From Camelus ferus (taxonomy: Eukaryota), in contig NC_045697.1 in assembly GCF_009834535.1 (NCBI RefSeq), positions 62,684,001 through 62,748,000 of the forward strand: a stretch of DNA of 64,000 bases, written 5' to 3'. This document shows positions 41,611 to 55,900 of the stretch, in pieces (the first letter of the stretch is position 1; every line of letters starts with the position of its first letter). The notes under the pieces were generated by a model. It saw only the letters and a program-made list of their open reading frames with translations. It had not been told where the DNA came from and made no database searches. A program made the position numbers and the translations under genes.

Positions 41611-43109
41611 CACCTCCCCCGCAGCTGATTTGTCAGCGCCTCTCCCCGCCCCTCTCCCGGCGCTCGCTGCTTTCCCCGCCGCGTGCACTTCACTCGTCTC
41701 CTCGGATAGGGGTGGGGGTGGGGGAAGGCTGTACCTCCAGCTTCAGCCTCCCGCCTGGTCCTCGGGGGCGGGTAGGTGGGATGTTCTTCACTTCACCTCA
41801 AGTTCAGGGTCACAGGGGCTCTTCTGGAGATTCAAAGCTGTTATGCTTGGGCTGCCGTCTCGCCCTTTTCCCATCCACCCTCCTTCCCTGTCTCCGCCTT
41901 TCCCTCTGGTTCCTCAAGGGGAGCCCCACGTCAGAGCCAGCCTGGGGAAGTGGGACCACCGAAGATAGAGCCAATCTGTCGGGGAGCTGCTGAAGAAGCC
42001 AGGCGGCTTAGGAAGTGTGCTCACAGAGCACGTTTCTCTCGGAAAGCTGAAATGTGATTAAGGGTCGTAGAACACAACGTTAAGGATGCTTTTGTTTAAA
42101 TATCCTTCAGATTTGCGTTTGCTCCTAACCTCTGATGAGCCCGAAATGGTCTCACAGGTGGAGAGGAGACTAGTAAAGAAGAGTTACAGGTTGAGGAGGC
42201 AGGAGGAGGCTCGTCAAATCCTCTTCCCACCCCACTATCACCATTTTCTTTTCCACCAATCAGCGGCTGCCAGACGCTGACTTTCACATCAGTGGAACAA
42301 GAAATAAATATCCCCCAGCCGTCGAAACCAAGCGGCTGTAAGCTTTTCGTTCTCAGAATGGAATTTACTTTCCAGAATCACGTGCCTGGATAGAAGAGAC
42401 AAATCCACCGCGATTTATTCTCCTGAACTATCATTTGCAATTTCTCCTCCGTCCCCTTCTGAAAAGGGAAATGTACACACCATTCACCTTTCTGACTTCT
42501 GATTTACGTTGTCTTTAGCGCTGACACTCCACCCCATCCTGCACACGGACACACAAACAAGCTCGCAGGCTTCAAGACAACCCCCACCCTCCCGCTTTGC
42601 TTAATACAGTTTCACCTTTCAGAGCTGGAGGGAAAACAGCTGTTCCTGGATCACACCAGAATGGAGAACCAAGCTCCTCCCCTAACAGAATGCCTGTGCT
42701 TTCTTTGCCTGGAATGGGAGGATGCTTTTAGAACTGGAAGGGAAAAACAAATCTTTGCTGTATTTTGTTTTGTGTTTATTCTTGTAAGAAAAAAATTCTT
42801 TTTCTGATCCTTGCATACACATTCTGAAATGTGAGGAAAAAGCAACTTATATCTACAGAACAATTTTGAAGCCAAAAGAGACGAGAAGCAAGTATATATA
42901 TATTCCTTAAACAACTCCTCACACTATTCGTCTACCCTTTCTAAAAGTAGCCTTTCCAAAATGCTCCTTTTTTGTTTCCTTGGGATCAGAAACAGTGGGT
43001 TAAACATGGCAATTGGTTTGCTTTCTGGCTTTGAGAGCTTGAACAAGTTATGTCCTTCTGTTCAGTTTTCTCTTGTAAAGGGAGATAAACCAAGATGATT
43101 TCTCTCCTT

Positions 43110-43760
43110 TCAACTTTTTATTATGGAAAAGGTTCAAACATACACAAAGATAGAGAAAACAAAGAACTCTCAATGGAGTATCACCCAATTGCACCATTTT
43201 CCAATGCATCATCAATCAGGTTTCATCTATTTTCTCATCCACTCATTTTTTTTTAATCACTATGCTCTCCCCTCAGTTTTTTTTCACTAAATCTCAAGAA
43301 TTGCATATATCTTTGCATCTGTAAATATTTAGGAATGCATCCATAAAAATGTGAGAACTATTTAAAAATAAACACAATAATGCTTAGATATGCTTTTTTT
43401 CTTAATTTAAGTAAAATTTATATGGAGTGATATCTTCAGATCTTAACTGTTCCTTTAAATCAGTTTTGAAAAATACATGCATTAGTGTAATCCTCACAAT
43501 TTTGAAGAAATAAAACATTTTCATCACCCCAGGAAGTTCCCTTGTGTCCTTTTTAGTTGTTCATATTCTAGAATTTCATAAAAAGAAAACCATGTACAGT
43601 GTGAACTATTTTTTGTATCTAACTGGCTTCTTTCACTCAGCCTAATATTTGTGAAATTCATTCATGCTGTTGCATGAATCAGTATTGTTTCTTTTTATTG
43701 CTTTTGATTGTTTCTTTTTATTACTGCATTTGATAAATGTTTTCCATTGTAATCCATCAC
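43110..43760 (-). mobile_element. Old L1M 3' fragments
   Basis: tttttattatggaaaa...caaacatacacaaa, aacattttcatcaccccaggaagttccc, tggcttctttcactcagc. Confidence 0.7.
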
Positions 43761-45357
43761 AGCTATTTAATATAAATATTTAATATTCAATTGTGTGACA
43801 TATTTATAGTTTAACAGGGACCTCCTGGAAAAGTCAAAGGGGTGAATGAAGTGACAGATACTTTAGATCCTGTGGCAGACCAAGGAGAGAATTATTTTGG
43901 AGTGGTTGTTACATTTTTGTGCTTCTTATAAAATAGCATGATTTCACAGCTTTATATGCTTGGCAAAGGACTAATGTACTGTATCATTTAATCATAACAA
44001 GAGGGTAAGTTAAGTTTTATTTTGTACCTTTTATAGATAGGAAATCTGACACTCAAAGAATTCTGGTAAAATGCAAACGTGTCCTAGCTCTTAAGTGACA
44101 GAGCTGAGAAAATCCAGCAAGAACTGTTACAAAAAGCACAATTATCTTCTGAATTGGCAGTACTCTATGGAAATTTAGAGAATGGGCATGAGAGAGGGGA
44201 GGAGGAAAAAGTGGGACCCAGTGCTGTTAGATATGGCCTTTGAATTTCGATGTGACAATGGAAATCAAGGAGAACTTATGTCCCAAAACATCGCATTCAC
44301 ATCTGAAATTTTGCCATTTCTATATTGGTAATTATCTGTAGGGGAAGATGATTTCCCATCACCCACATAAAAAAAAAAGAAAATTGTAAAGTAATTTTGT
44401 TTCATTTATAAGACTATATTTTATTCGTTTTCATCCTTCAAAGTCCCTTGAACAAAGTAAGCATTCAATAAACTTATAATTGCTGGGAATGGCAATAGTG
44501 ACATTGCTTGTGTTCCAGCTACAGTCTCTCAGCTCAGTATTCCCATGGAGGCAGAACTACTCCAGGACAAAGAAGGGAACCGGAAGTTAAGAACTTTTTT
44601 TTTTTCATCATTCAGTTGACAGCAGAGCATTGAGTAAATGTTTAACTGTTTGAATATAACTTTAAATTTTAAACTAAAAAAACCCAATAACTCATTGAAT
44701 GGCCTGTACCTCATAAGGAACATGGAGGAATAGCCTAGTGGGAGGCATTATTAACGTGCATGTTTCGTTAATGACTACATTCATATTTGATTTTCTCTTT
44801 GATAAATGAAAAATAAATATTTTGCCACTTTTTAATAGGATGGTTTATCAGCATTCAATACAGTCATTTAGCTAAAGATAAACATCCTATGAAAGGCATG
44901 ATTAACCTAAACTTTCTTTGTCTTCCCCATAAAACAACTGATTTTTTTAGGTGTGCCATGTGAGGAAAGTATAATCTCTACCATCTTTGTATAATAGTGT
45001 GTATTTGTTGTGAACACAAGGAGCAATGGAATGTTGATTCTTGGGCTGATTATTTCTTATTCCCTGTCTGCACTTTCCTTTCATCTTCTGCAGATGTATG
45101 AAAACATGAGGTAGCCAGATCTTGGTAGACTCACCTCTCCTGTAATTTCATAATGGGCATGGAAGGGAGAGCATAAGGCATACAGCTGAGAAGGCATTGT
45201 ATATGATTTTGGAAAGGGGGTGAGCTTGAAACAGGGCAGTAGGGTTACTCCAAAGAGATATGAAGAACAATAAAGAGGACTTCAGAGTCCAAAGAAGATC
45301 ATTCAATTTGACCCTGTGGACAGTTTCATGTTGTTTCTATAATACCACAGGCAGCAA

Positions 45358-45435
<78 letters not shown>
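45358..45435. repeat. Perfect (AAT)26 microsatellite upstream of SNCA
   Basis: Read directly from the sequence. Confidence 0.97.
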
Positions 45436-45436
<1 letters not shown>

Positions 45437-45739
45437 GACATTCATTCCAGCACAATTTATCATATTTATTAATACAGTAGTGAATCCTCAGCAATGTAGA
45501 GTCACAAATTGTGACTACAAGAATTTTACATGTGAAATATGTAGAATTCAACTGATATCATTTTAAATATCCCTGTGGTTTTTGATGCTAAGAATACGAA
45601 GATATACAAAAACCCAGGATTAAAGACTTTAGAGCCAAATAGAAAGATATTTAAATATTTGGGATCTAAAAGTTCAAATAAACTTAGTATTAGAAGGAAA
45701 AACATATTTATGAGCTCAAGAAATACACCAAACACTGGT

Positions 45740-45965
45740 GAGCATAGTAGACTTCTGAGAGTAGAGGTCCTGGGTACAAGTTAAAAGCAGAGACTTATCA
45801 AGGTTCTTACTACTTGGTAGCAGGACTGAGAGCAAGTATCCAAACTCTCTAATCTCAATTTTCTTATCTGTAAAATGAGGATGATATTTTACTTGTGTGA
45901 TTATTGTAAGGAATAAATAATATGCTTCTTAGCAATGAGCCAATCATGGTGGAATCTCTCAATGC
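45740..45965 (+). mobile_element. MIR SINE
   Basis: gtcctgggtacaa...tctcaattttcttatctgtaaaatgaggatgat...ttgtaaggaataaat. Confidence 0.65.
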
Positions 45966-48900
45966 AAGTAGCCATTACTCTTCCGAGCCCTCATGTTTTA
46001 GGATGCCCTAGGAAACACTATTTTTTTTTTAATTGCAGTAGTTAACATTATTCCCCACCCTCCCCAAACTCTTTTCCCATGCACAGCACACATATCTGAT
46101 GCCTCCCCATCAATAACTTTGGCTAACTATGACAAGCAAAAAATTTTCAACCAGGGATGGAAGTTGTGGGCAGAAGAGAGTGTGGGAGTCAAGAGACATT
46201 AATAGGGGTCATTAACTGAAACGCTGCCAGTATCTCTTCTCTCTCCTTAATGTATGGATTACAATAACAACATCACTCACAGCAATTTGCTCAGCAGCCT
46301 GAAGAAATACAGTAAGAGCAATAAAATTGACATTTGCTGTCTTCATTGATAGTTTTACATTCTTGGAACCTGGTTTTTTTTAACGGTGTGGTAGCAGAGC
46401 TCTGTATGAATTATGTTCATTTTCCAAGGGAGAAAAATAAAATGGTACAACAAATGGTGTTCAGAGTTAGCTGGACTCATTGTGACAGTGGCTCTGAAAG
46501 GCTTCAGGATGAATATCCATTTCAGAGATAAACTCAGCCTCTGTGTTCCAGGTGAGTGAGGATTGGACAGACTGATAAGGCAGTGACAGATCTACTCATA
46601 CTTTTCAACAGCATTTGTGTGCAGAAAAGCAGAAAATAAGTGGATGAAAAAAACATTTCAGGGGAATTCATAATGTTTTTCTGTGATGTTTTAAACTGAA
46701 GTTATAATGCCTTTGTAAACAGAGAGATCATAACAAATTAGCAAAATGAGCATGTTTCTTATAATATCATAATTACTCAAGCGTCTGATGTAGTTTCCTC
46801 TGTAGATAATTTGACAGTATTAGATGGCATTTAAGAAATTTTCTTCAACACTATATAAAAAGCACATCATTAATGTTTTGAAATCTTGTTATCACACCTA
46901 AAATTGGAAATGTATATTATTAAGAGATTAAGACAAGGAAATGAGAAATTATTTCTTAATGGTTACTTGGTAAATACATTAACATCAAAACATATCCATA
47001 TAAATAAATACGGATTTGTAACATCATTTTGCCTGAAAATATTATATTTTATTATGTATTTAATCAATTGTCTATTTTTAAATTATTTTTATTTTTACTT
47101 TTTATAAACATAATTTGAATTTTTTCTATTATATTCTCAAGAGTAGGACAAGAACTTATCTGTATATTCAGTCTAATTATTTTTCATATATTTTTAAGTA
47201 TTACGAATGCATTAATTTTAAATCAGCTTCCCCATGTTAAGATCAATTGTGCTTTAAATCATAGATTCTTTTCTGGGTTTATTTCTATTTAAATTCCCCT
47301 TAACGTATCACCTTAAAATATTGGACTAAATGTTGTTTTTTATTTCTGTTTTTGTTTTTAGATCAGGATAAGGAGACACTCCAAGTAATCAGATTACCAC
47401 AAAGAAGGAATTTTTTTTTATAGTACTGGCTATTAAACATTTGAAAATGGTTAAAAAATAAAGTTGTGTATTTTTATTTAACATTTCCAAAATATAAAGT
47501 GCATAAATAGACCTGTTTAAACAGGTAAATCTCCAATTTCTACAGGAAATCTAACTAGTTGTTTCAGATATGTCCTCAAATACATGTGTAGGAAAGAAAA
47601 AATAACATTCAAACATCTTCGCATAATGGAGTTACCAAAAGGAAAAACTGATTTATGTGAAAAATCTAACTGATATGACTCAAATGTGTGCAACTGATTT
47701 TCAAGTAAGGAAATAATATACATTTACAAGATCATTAAGACCTAGGCAAAAGAATATAATACACACACATACACACACACATGCATAAGGCAGATATTAT
47801 GTACACTAAAGAAAGAATAAATAATATTGAAGCTATTTGCTAAGTCTTTTCTATATAAAGGGACTTATGTTTAATGTCTTACTTTATCTGTGTGTGTGTC
47901 TATAACAACAATCAACTAATTGAGAATTCAGTCTTATTGATCGTATTGGATTATGGTCTTAACCTGGAGGGAACATTTAAATAATTAAAAAAACACTCTC
48001 AAGATATGTTAAAAATCAAATGGATCGCCATGACAAGATAGGCTGAAATAGTATTCTATAAATATAACTCTCCTTTATTTTTTTGTTACGTGAATAGTAT
48101 ATGCTCATTATAGTAAATACGTAAAAGAAAAAAGAAAAAACAAATAAAATATCAGTATTCCAGTAACATGAGGTGAACTGTTGACTCCCCTATTAAAAAC
48201 TGGCTTTTCTAAAAGATCATTTAAAAATATGCATCAAAACATTCAATATGCCCATGCTTTTTGGCTGAGCAATTTCACTTCCAGAAACATATCCTAAGAA
48301 AATAAGAAGTTATATTCTCAATGAAATGTATGTTTAATGATGTTTTATTTAGCTGTAAGAATGCTCCTGCATTTTCCATAAAAAGTTTTTACCAATGCAA
48401 TTTTCCAGATTAAAATTCTGATGAGGAACTTATCTAAGGTCAATTACCCTTCATATGACACATGACACAACTCGTAAATGATGAGCCATGTTGTCTCCAT
48501 ATTGTCAGCTCACAATGCAGCCCCCAGTGCTTGCAGCTGGCCTTATCCACTTGCTCTTTGCTCTTAAAGAGATAAGGGTTAGCTATACCTACCTAATAAA
48601 TCAGTGAAAATGGATTGAGTTAATGTACGTAAATCACTATTATGATGGTATTATTCTAAACTATTAGTATGATGGTGAAAGAGCCAATTCTACTTAACTC
48701 ATAAAGCGTGTTTTAGGGGAAAAACAACCAGATGCCCTAATCAATCATTTTACTGCTCTTTTCCTGAGACAAATGCTGTATATATAAAATAATGTTTGCA
48801 GAAGTAAAGGATGGATTTTACTTCTGGACATGGAAGAGCTACTAACTATGAAAAGAAAATGAATTTATAAAAACTTTTCCAGTTAGGCAAAAACACACCA

Positions 48901-49216
48901 AAAAAAAAAAAAAAAAAAAAAAGTCAAGCATCAAAAAGATTCTTCCTAGAAGCAAAGAAGAATTGACCCAAGTATATCTTGTATTTATTACTAATTTCTC
49001 AAAATAATTTATTTCAAGTCATTCAATTTTATTGTCTATTAAATTAAAACTCTTTAAGAAGTGATTGGCATCAAGATGTGAAGCTAAAGGAGGTAAAGTA
49101 AGCCATTCACAACACACCCATGGAGTTTGCTATCATATTTTAAACTAGAAATCTAAGAAAGTTTTAAAATTTGAAACAAATTAGAGGAGCCAAAATTTAA
49201 ATCAGAAATAAAAATA

Positions 49217-49296
49217 GTCCTGGGTTCAATCCCTGGTACCTCCATTAAAAAAATAATAATAAAAATAAATAAATAAATAAACAAATAAAGTTTAAA
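49217..49296 (+). mobile_element. 5'-truncated Vic-1-like SINE
   Basis: GTCCTGGGTTCAATCCCTGGTACCTCCATTAAAAAAATAATAAT... with a probable TSD AAATAAAAATA (49206-49216 / 49297-49307). Confidence 0.8.
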
Positions 49297-50591
49297 AAAT
49301 AAAAATATTTAAAAGCATTAAAAAAATCTATCTGAAACAATTCCCTTCCCTATCATCATTAACGGCAGCTCTGTGAGAATAGCTTCCTTCAAGAGCTATC
49401 AGAGTGCATCAGTACCACCAGCTGCATCTTGGGTGTCCTCAATTGAAATAATCGAAGTGCTTTCAATGTTGTTTGTATATATAGAATATTTAGTTAATGA
49501 TCACATATGTGTATATAAGTAAGATTTGTTTAGCATGCATGTATTTAAAATACACTTTTTTCTTTGGCAAGTTTAGAAACTTGACTGAGAATGTCGCAAG
49601 TGGCGAGGTTCCCGATTTTGTTACAAAGCTAGGGATGCATCTTGCAGTGGTACACAGAGACTTATCTGAACATGAGCAGAGGCTCACAGGCATCTTGTAT
49701 TATGAGGGTCTACAAACGACCTAGCAGAGAGACAGAGCAGAGCAGCAGTGAAACCAGGCAAGGGCTTCTCCCCATCATAGAGAAGGTCAGCATCTCAAAG
49801 ACTGCTCTCCAAGGAGAATCGTCTAGACAGAGTCACTTGTCCCTCTCAGAGAGAGAAGGATGCTCTTTAATTCCTACCCAAACAAAAGAATATTGCAGCA
49901 CATGTGTTCTATCAATTCTTGCTTGTAATAACTAGCTGGCAACATCCATGGAATATTTTTACACGGTATTTTTCTCTAGGAAAGCACCAGGGTTTTGGCC
50001 TGGATGACTTACCCCCTCATGATCCCTATAATCCTACTTCTTAAGATTGCTTCCACATCTTTCTTTTCCCAAGAAAAAAAATGAATTTAACACCTTTCTG
50101 AGTAGAGCTTAATTGCACAGAAAGAATGTTATACCTTTTAGAGTGCTAATTAGAGACAGTAATAATATGACAAGTCTCATTTAAAATCCTTTCGAATTAT
50201 TCTGTCATTGTTGGAATGGTGTTGAGCTTCTGCACACTTGCCAAATATGCAAATTCACTTTTTTTACAGATTTAGAGAAGGCATCAGGAGGAAATTTCCC
50301 ATATGTGAATTGTGTATTCTGATTGGACACGTTGAGACCCTTACTGAAGGTAAGGAGCAATACAGAAATTTCTCTGAATGCACAGAGGATAGAGTATAGA
50401 AGTGTCCCGTAATTAGGGAGCCTGTCATTTAGTCAGAATTTTGTCCTTCCCTCTTCTACCTTATTCTTTCTCTCTTTCAGTTTTATCTTTGGATTTCTCA
50501 TGACTTTTTCTTTCTAAAATATTGGTGTTGATTGAAGCAGTAGAAATTCATTTACCAAGGCACTACTAGCTAGTCGAGTTAACATCCCAAG

Positions 50592-50983
50592 TGTTCTGGG
50601 CTGAATTATGTCCCTCTCAGATTCATATGTTGAAGTCCGAACCTCCAGCACTTGAGAATATGGCTGTATTTGGAGTGAGCATCTTTAAAGAGGTAATCAA
50701 GTTTAAATGAGGTCATTGGGGTAGGACTGATCCAATGTAACTGGTGATCTTATTAGAAGAGGAGATTAGGATACAGACACACACACACACACAGGGAAGA
50801 TGCTGTGAGGACACTGGAGGAAGACAGCCATCCACAAGCCAAAGATGGAGACCCTACTGGGAACTAACCCTCTAACACATGGATCTCAGACCTCCAGCCC
50901 CAGAATAATGAGAAATACATTTCTGTTATTTCAGCCCCACCGTCTGTGGTACTTTGTCATGGTAGCCCTAGCTGACTAATACA
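50592..50983 (+). mobile_element. MLT1B-like MaLR solo LTR
   Basis: TG...CA termini (tgttctgggctgaattatgtccc ... gccctagctgactaataca), ~390 bp, typical MLT1 internal motifs, degenerate 5-bp TSD ccaag/tcagg. Confidence 0.88.
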
Positions 50984-52107
50984 TCAGGGTGCCAGTTCTA
51001 TTTTCCAGTAAAACTATGTAGCTACACAATGAGCCTCAGCATCATACTTTCCCCAGGGAATCTGAAGTTTGTAGAACTAGTATCAACCTAGTAGATGACG
51101 GGAAGCCAGGTTTTTACCATATACACTAATCCATTTGTCTACTCTCTCTTAGTTAAATATGTCAGGGAATAAAATACAGACAATTAGCATCAGTCCCTCT
51201 CCTCCTTCGTAAGTGCTTGTTTTGTACAGAGGGAGGAGAACAAAATCTGGGGGCAGAGAACAAAAGCTGGCACTATGAATATTTTAAAATAAACATGTGC
51301 CACAAAGATAAAGTTTGGAAGCTTGAATTTAAGGCTCTAAAATCAGCCTATCCAATATCATATGACTTGTATCATTTCAGCTGTCATTCGTTAAAAACAT
51401 GGACTGGGGAGGTTAATCTAAAAGTCACTGGTGTAATAAACAAAGTTGAGGCCTGAGAATTTGAATAGCTGAATTACAATCAGGTTCTAAAGAACTGTGT
51501 TGTTTGATTTCACTACCCTTATTAGAACCAGCTGGAAGATCAAAAGCATCCATTAACTCTTAAACTTCCTAACCTATAGGGCTTTCCATTCCACACTGCC
51601 CAGGCAATTCAGTAGAAGGTATGCATGTTAACTGCTAACATAGGGCACAGAAGATAGAGGGAATCATTTATATTTTAAGGGATTAGTCTTTTAAATGTAT
51701 TTTGCTGGGCTTTGAAATTCTGATTGTGGACCTTTGTGTTACTAAATATTCAGTTCAAATCAATGGTTATTTATTGAATAATTGAGGGCCGCCCACTTTA
51801 TAACATCTTTGGTGCCTGGCATGTGTCCAGAGAAAGCACCCAGGGGGTTCTCAAGCACTTTTTTTACCTCTTCTCTCTAGTCTACAGGATTCAGTCTCTG
51901 CATGGATCCCACTGTTTCCTCTTGTAGGAAACTGTGTACCTACCCAAAGGAATCCTGTGGGGACTAGGGCCCTGCTTGATCTTGACAGTATTTATCTTGA
52001 GAAGCTGGCAATTTGCTCCAAAAGCTTTCTAAAGGCAGACTGCTGCATTTGTGAAGAGATTTAGACATTATTTTGATTGTGATTCAAACATTATTGAAAA
52101 AATTAGT

Positions 52108-52912
52108 AGAGAAATGTAAATCAAAACGAGTTATCACCTCACACATGTCAGAATGGCTATCATCAAACTCTACAAATAACAAATATTGGTGAGGATGTGG
52201 AGAAAATAGGGCCCTTGTGCACCGTGGGTGGGAATGTAAATTGGCACACCACTACGGAAAACAGTGTGGAAGTTCCCCCAAAATAAAAGTACGACTATTA
52301 TATAATCCAGTGATTCCACTCCTGGTTACATACCCAGAAAAAAACATACCAATACTAACAGATACATACACCCCAATGTTTATAGCAGTGCTATTTATAA
52401 TAGTCAAGATATGAAAACAACCCAAGTGCTCATCAACAGATGAATGGATAAAGATGTGGTAGATCTATACAATGAAATATTACCCAGCTATAAAAAGAAT
52501 AAAATTCTGCCATTTGCAGCAATGTGGGTGGACCTAGAGAATATTATACTTAGCAAAATATGTCAGAGAAAGACAAATACTATATGATACCACTTACATG
52601 TGGAATCTGAAACAATAATACAAATGAACATATATGCAAAACAGAAACAGACTTACAGATATAAAAAGCAAACTAGTGGTTACCAGTGGGGAGAGGGCAG
52701 AGGGGAGAGGCAAATTAGGTGTATGGGATTAAGAGATACAAACCACTATGTATATAATAGATAAACAACAAAGATACATTATGTAACATAAGAAATTTCA
52801 GCAATTATCTTGTAATAACTTTTAGTGAAGTATAATCTGTAAAGATACTGAATCACTATGCTGTACACTTGAAGTTAACATAATATTGTAAATCAACTAT
52901 ACTTCAATAAAA
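52108..52912 (+). mobile_element. L1 3' end (ORF2 C-terminus remnant + 3' UTR), medium age
   Basis: tatcacctcacacatgtcagaatggctatcatc, ccccaatgtttatagcag, ending aatcaactatacttcaataaaaaa. Confidence 0.9.
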
Positions 52913-55900
52913 AATTATTGCAGCATCTAGTTTGGCTGTTTGATATTTTCACTAGAATAAGTTTGATTCAGCCATTTTAATTCTTTTTTTTAATCCAGTT
53001 TTCTACTTTACTGATTTTATTATTCCTGTTCTCTTGTTAATAAAACAAATTTATCCAGACGGTAAAATTATTTATTTATGTAGGGTGAAGAAACTTATGA
53101 AAATAGGAAAGAACAACTTTAAAGAACTCACTCATCTTTCTCCATTCTTTTCACCTGGATGCTGGATTACTTATTTCCCAGACTCAGTTCTGCAGCTATC
53201 AATCCTGGCAAAAACACTTTTCAAAGACAGAGTTATTGGAAACTCTGAAAAGAAAATGAAAATGTGAAAGCTTCCATCCAGTAGGGTGTAGATTCATAGA
53301 TCCTTTGGGAAAAATTAGACTTCTCTGATTACTGTGTTAGTTTTGTACTATAGTCCTCAACTTTCCTATCTTTCCAGCTGCAGTATAATGTGCTTTGTGT
53401 TTTTCTGCGTGTACTCGGTGACAAAACTGTAATTCAAGTGAAACTTTAAAATAAATGCCGTGTCATAGGCTGAAAAGAAGCACCAGGAACAGAGATGATT
53501 ACAGAAGCAGGAACAATTTTTTGCAACATGAAGCGCTAGTCTCTTTACACACTAAAATCAAACATTTATGTGCCTGAGCAAATCACTGTCACATTTTCCA
53601 TCGTTGGACACAGTAAATAGAGGAGCTTGATTTCAACACTGGGCAGACTCAAGATACAGGATTCTGCCGCATAAACTTATACCATAGGAGGGTATTTATG
53701 CAGCAGATAATAATAATAATAATAATAATTTATTAATTATAATAATTTATAGTAATCAAACACTTACCATTTTACAGAGTCCTAAAACAAAGTATATTTT
53801 ATTAATAAATATTTGAAGTTTGATAAAAAGTAATAATTTACCAGAATTCATGCCAAATACCACTAGATCTTCATATGTGGGTAATCCATTGAACAGATGA
53901 TGATAATTCAACAGTTCTCTGATTGTATTTAAATCAAGGTATTTAATATTGAATTGAAAATTATACTAAGATATTAATTTGTTTTCCATGGACACCATAT
54001 ACTCAGTTCTTTGTTGATGGAGTATTACAAATAGGCACACATTAAATCCATAGATAACTGAATTTGCTGGACAAAACTGATAATGAGAAGATTTTGCTAA
54101 ACTTATGAAATGTCATTCTGCCTGTTACAAAATTATTGCTGTTATGTCTAAATCTATTTTTCCTTTCTTTTCTCTTTGGTACTCCACAAATCATGCTCCC
54201 TAACCAGTGGATTTTCTGTTTAGATTCTGCAAAATGAAGATCCTAGAGGCATAGAGGAAGCAGGGGAGAAGGGATGTGATCCATCTTTGACAGCCGTTGT
54301 TAGTGTCACCACCCTCTAGCCATCTACCTTCAACCCAGCAGCAGCCATCCGTTCTAATCTCTAGCTTCTTTCTTTACTTCCAGAAACAATCTCGTTGCTC
54401 TTCTCAGGGTTTCCAGGATGAGAAGGGCAGCACACTCTGCTCAGATGTCTAAAGCTCCACAATGTGGGACTCCTGGGCTTCAGAGTTACCAGCACCAGCC
54501 ATCCAGGCAATGCTCCCTCCTCCTGGATTTGATTTCCTCATGGGTCCAGTTGCAGCTCTGAGCTCCTGTGATGCCAGCATCAGCCTGGTGGCACCCTCTC
54601 CCCAGGGTGTGAATGCCAACTCTGCAAGCATCCTGCTTCAAGACTTTAGGTTCTGACAACCCCAACCTTTGCCCTTCGTTGCCCTAATCTAAAGGGTGAT
54701 ACCTCCTTCTTGCCCTTATTAATCTTTGTGTTACCCCATTATTTCCTTTTTCAGTCCTTCAATACAATTGAACTAATTCTTATTTTAAATTTCCTCTGTT
54801 GAAAAACCTACTCCTGTTCCTGTTTTCCTGACTCAAACTTCATTGATGTGCTGAGTGATTTAGGTAAAACAAAGTTAAGACTATTCTGAACTAATGAAAG
54901 TAAAATGACAGGATAGTTTACAAAACGTTTATCTTGAGAACAACAACAACAACAACAACAAAACAGACTGAATAAACAAAGCTTTTAGGTTATTGGTCTT
55001 ATTTAATACCTAAAATCATTACTATTAAACATATTAATTAGTCAAATGCACAATATTATTTTAGTATTTTTTCAATGTTAGCTTTAAACATTAAACAAAA
55101 AGTAAATTTTAGTTTCTGCCTCAGTGACTGATTTAAAAATTTGAATTAAGAGGATATGAGCAAAAAAAGTGTTATTCTTTTAGAATTCCACAGTGGAAGG
55201 CTCTTTTTATCTAATACAGCACAGTTAAATGACAAGGATAATTTAACTGGAAGTATTTTCTGTAAATCACAGATTAAAAAAACTCAAGATAGTGTCTTGC
55301 CTCTCCCTGCCTATGTGTAAAACAAACAAAAAAATGTATAGATTAAGAACCTATCTCTGTTTTCCACAGGGAAAAAGAGAAGGGATAATAGTTCTTGAAC
55401 ACTAACTTACAGAAGGCAATATTCTCTTTGCTACATTATAGCATTTAATCCTCATATTACCTTTTGAGGTATGAATCATCAGTTACTTTCTTTCGTTTAC
55501 TTGGAACATAAGGAAATGGAGTTCTTACGGAGCTTTAAGTATCAGCCCCAGATTTGAACTTGCTCTCCTGCCTCCAATCCTGGTGCTTTTTTTGCTAACG
55601 CGTTTCTAGCCTAGTTGGTACTTAATACAGTCATCACATGAAAGAATCATTCAAACCTCTAGCAGCCAACATGAGTCCCTTCTCTATTACATAACATTTT
55701 CCAAATGCAGTTGGTGCTCACACTGTTTATCCCGGGGCAATTTCCTATCTCCCTCCTCTCCTTCCTCCCTTTTCCCTGTCTTGCTTCTCCTCTTCATTCA
55801 TTTCTCAAATGTTTGTGTTTAAAATCTGTGAAAAGTTCAAAAGTTGTTTTCCTACTGATGCATGGTTATGTTTTTTAAATCATGTAACACATCACTTTTA

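Larger units (their letters stand above)
40560..42030. promoter_or_regulatory. SNCA: SNCA CpG island / promoter and CpG-rich intron 1
   Basis: GC and CpG content rise sharply against the AT-rich, CpG-depleted background. GC boxes (ccccgccc ~41644) and CCAAT (~41971) lie immediately upstream of the first coding exon. Boundaries are approximate. Confidence 0.9.

Noticed and set aside
41247..42057. Cluster of 66-112 aa ORFs at the promoter
   Set aside because: GC-rich DNA has few stop codons, and none of these ORFs shows a recognisable domain.
45260..45551. Poly-Ile and poly-Leu ORFs
   Set aside because: These are translations of the (AAT)n microsatellite.
47511..47526. Perfect 16-bp palindrome ACCTGTTTAAACAGGT
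   Set aside because: About one palindrome with 8-bp arms is expected by chance in 64 kb (64000/4^8).
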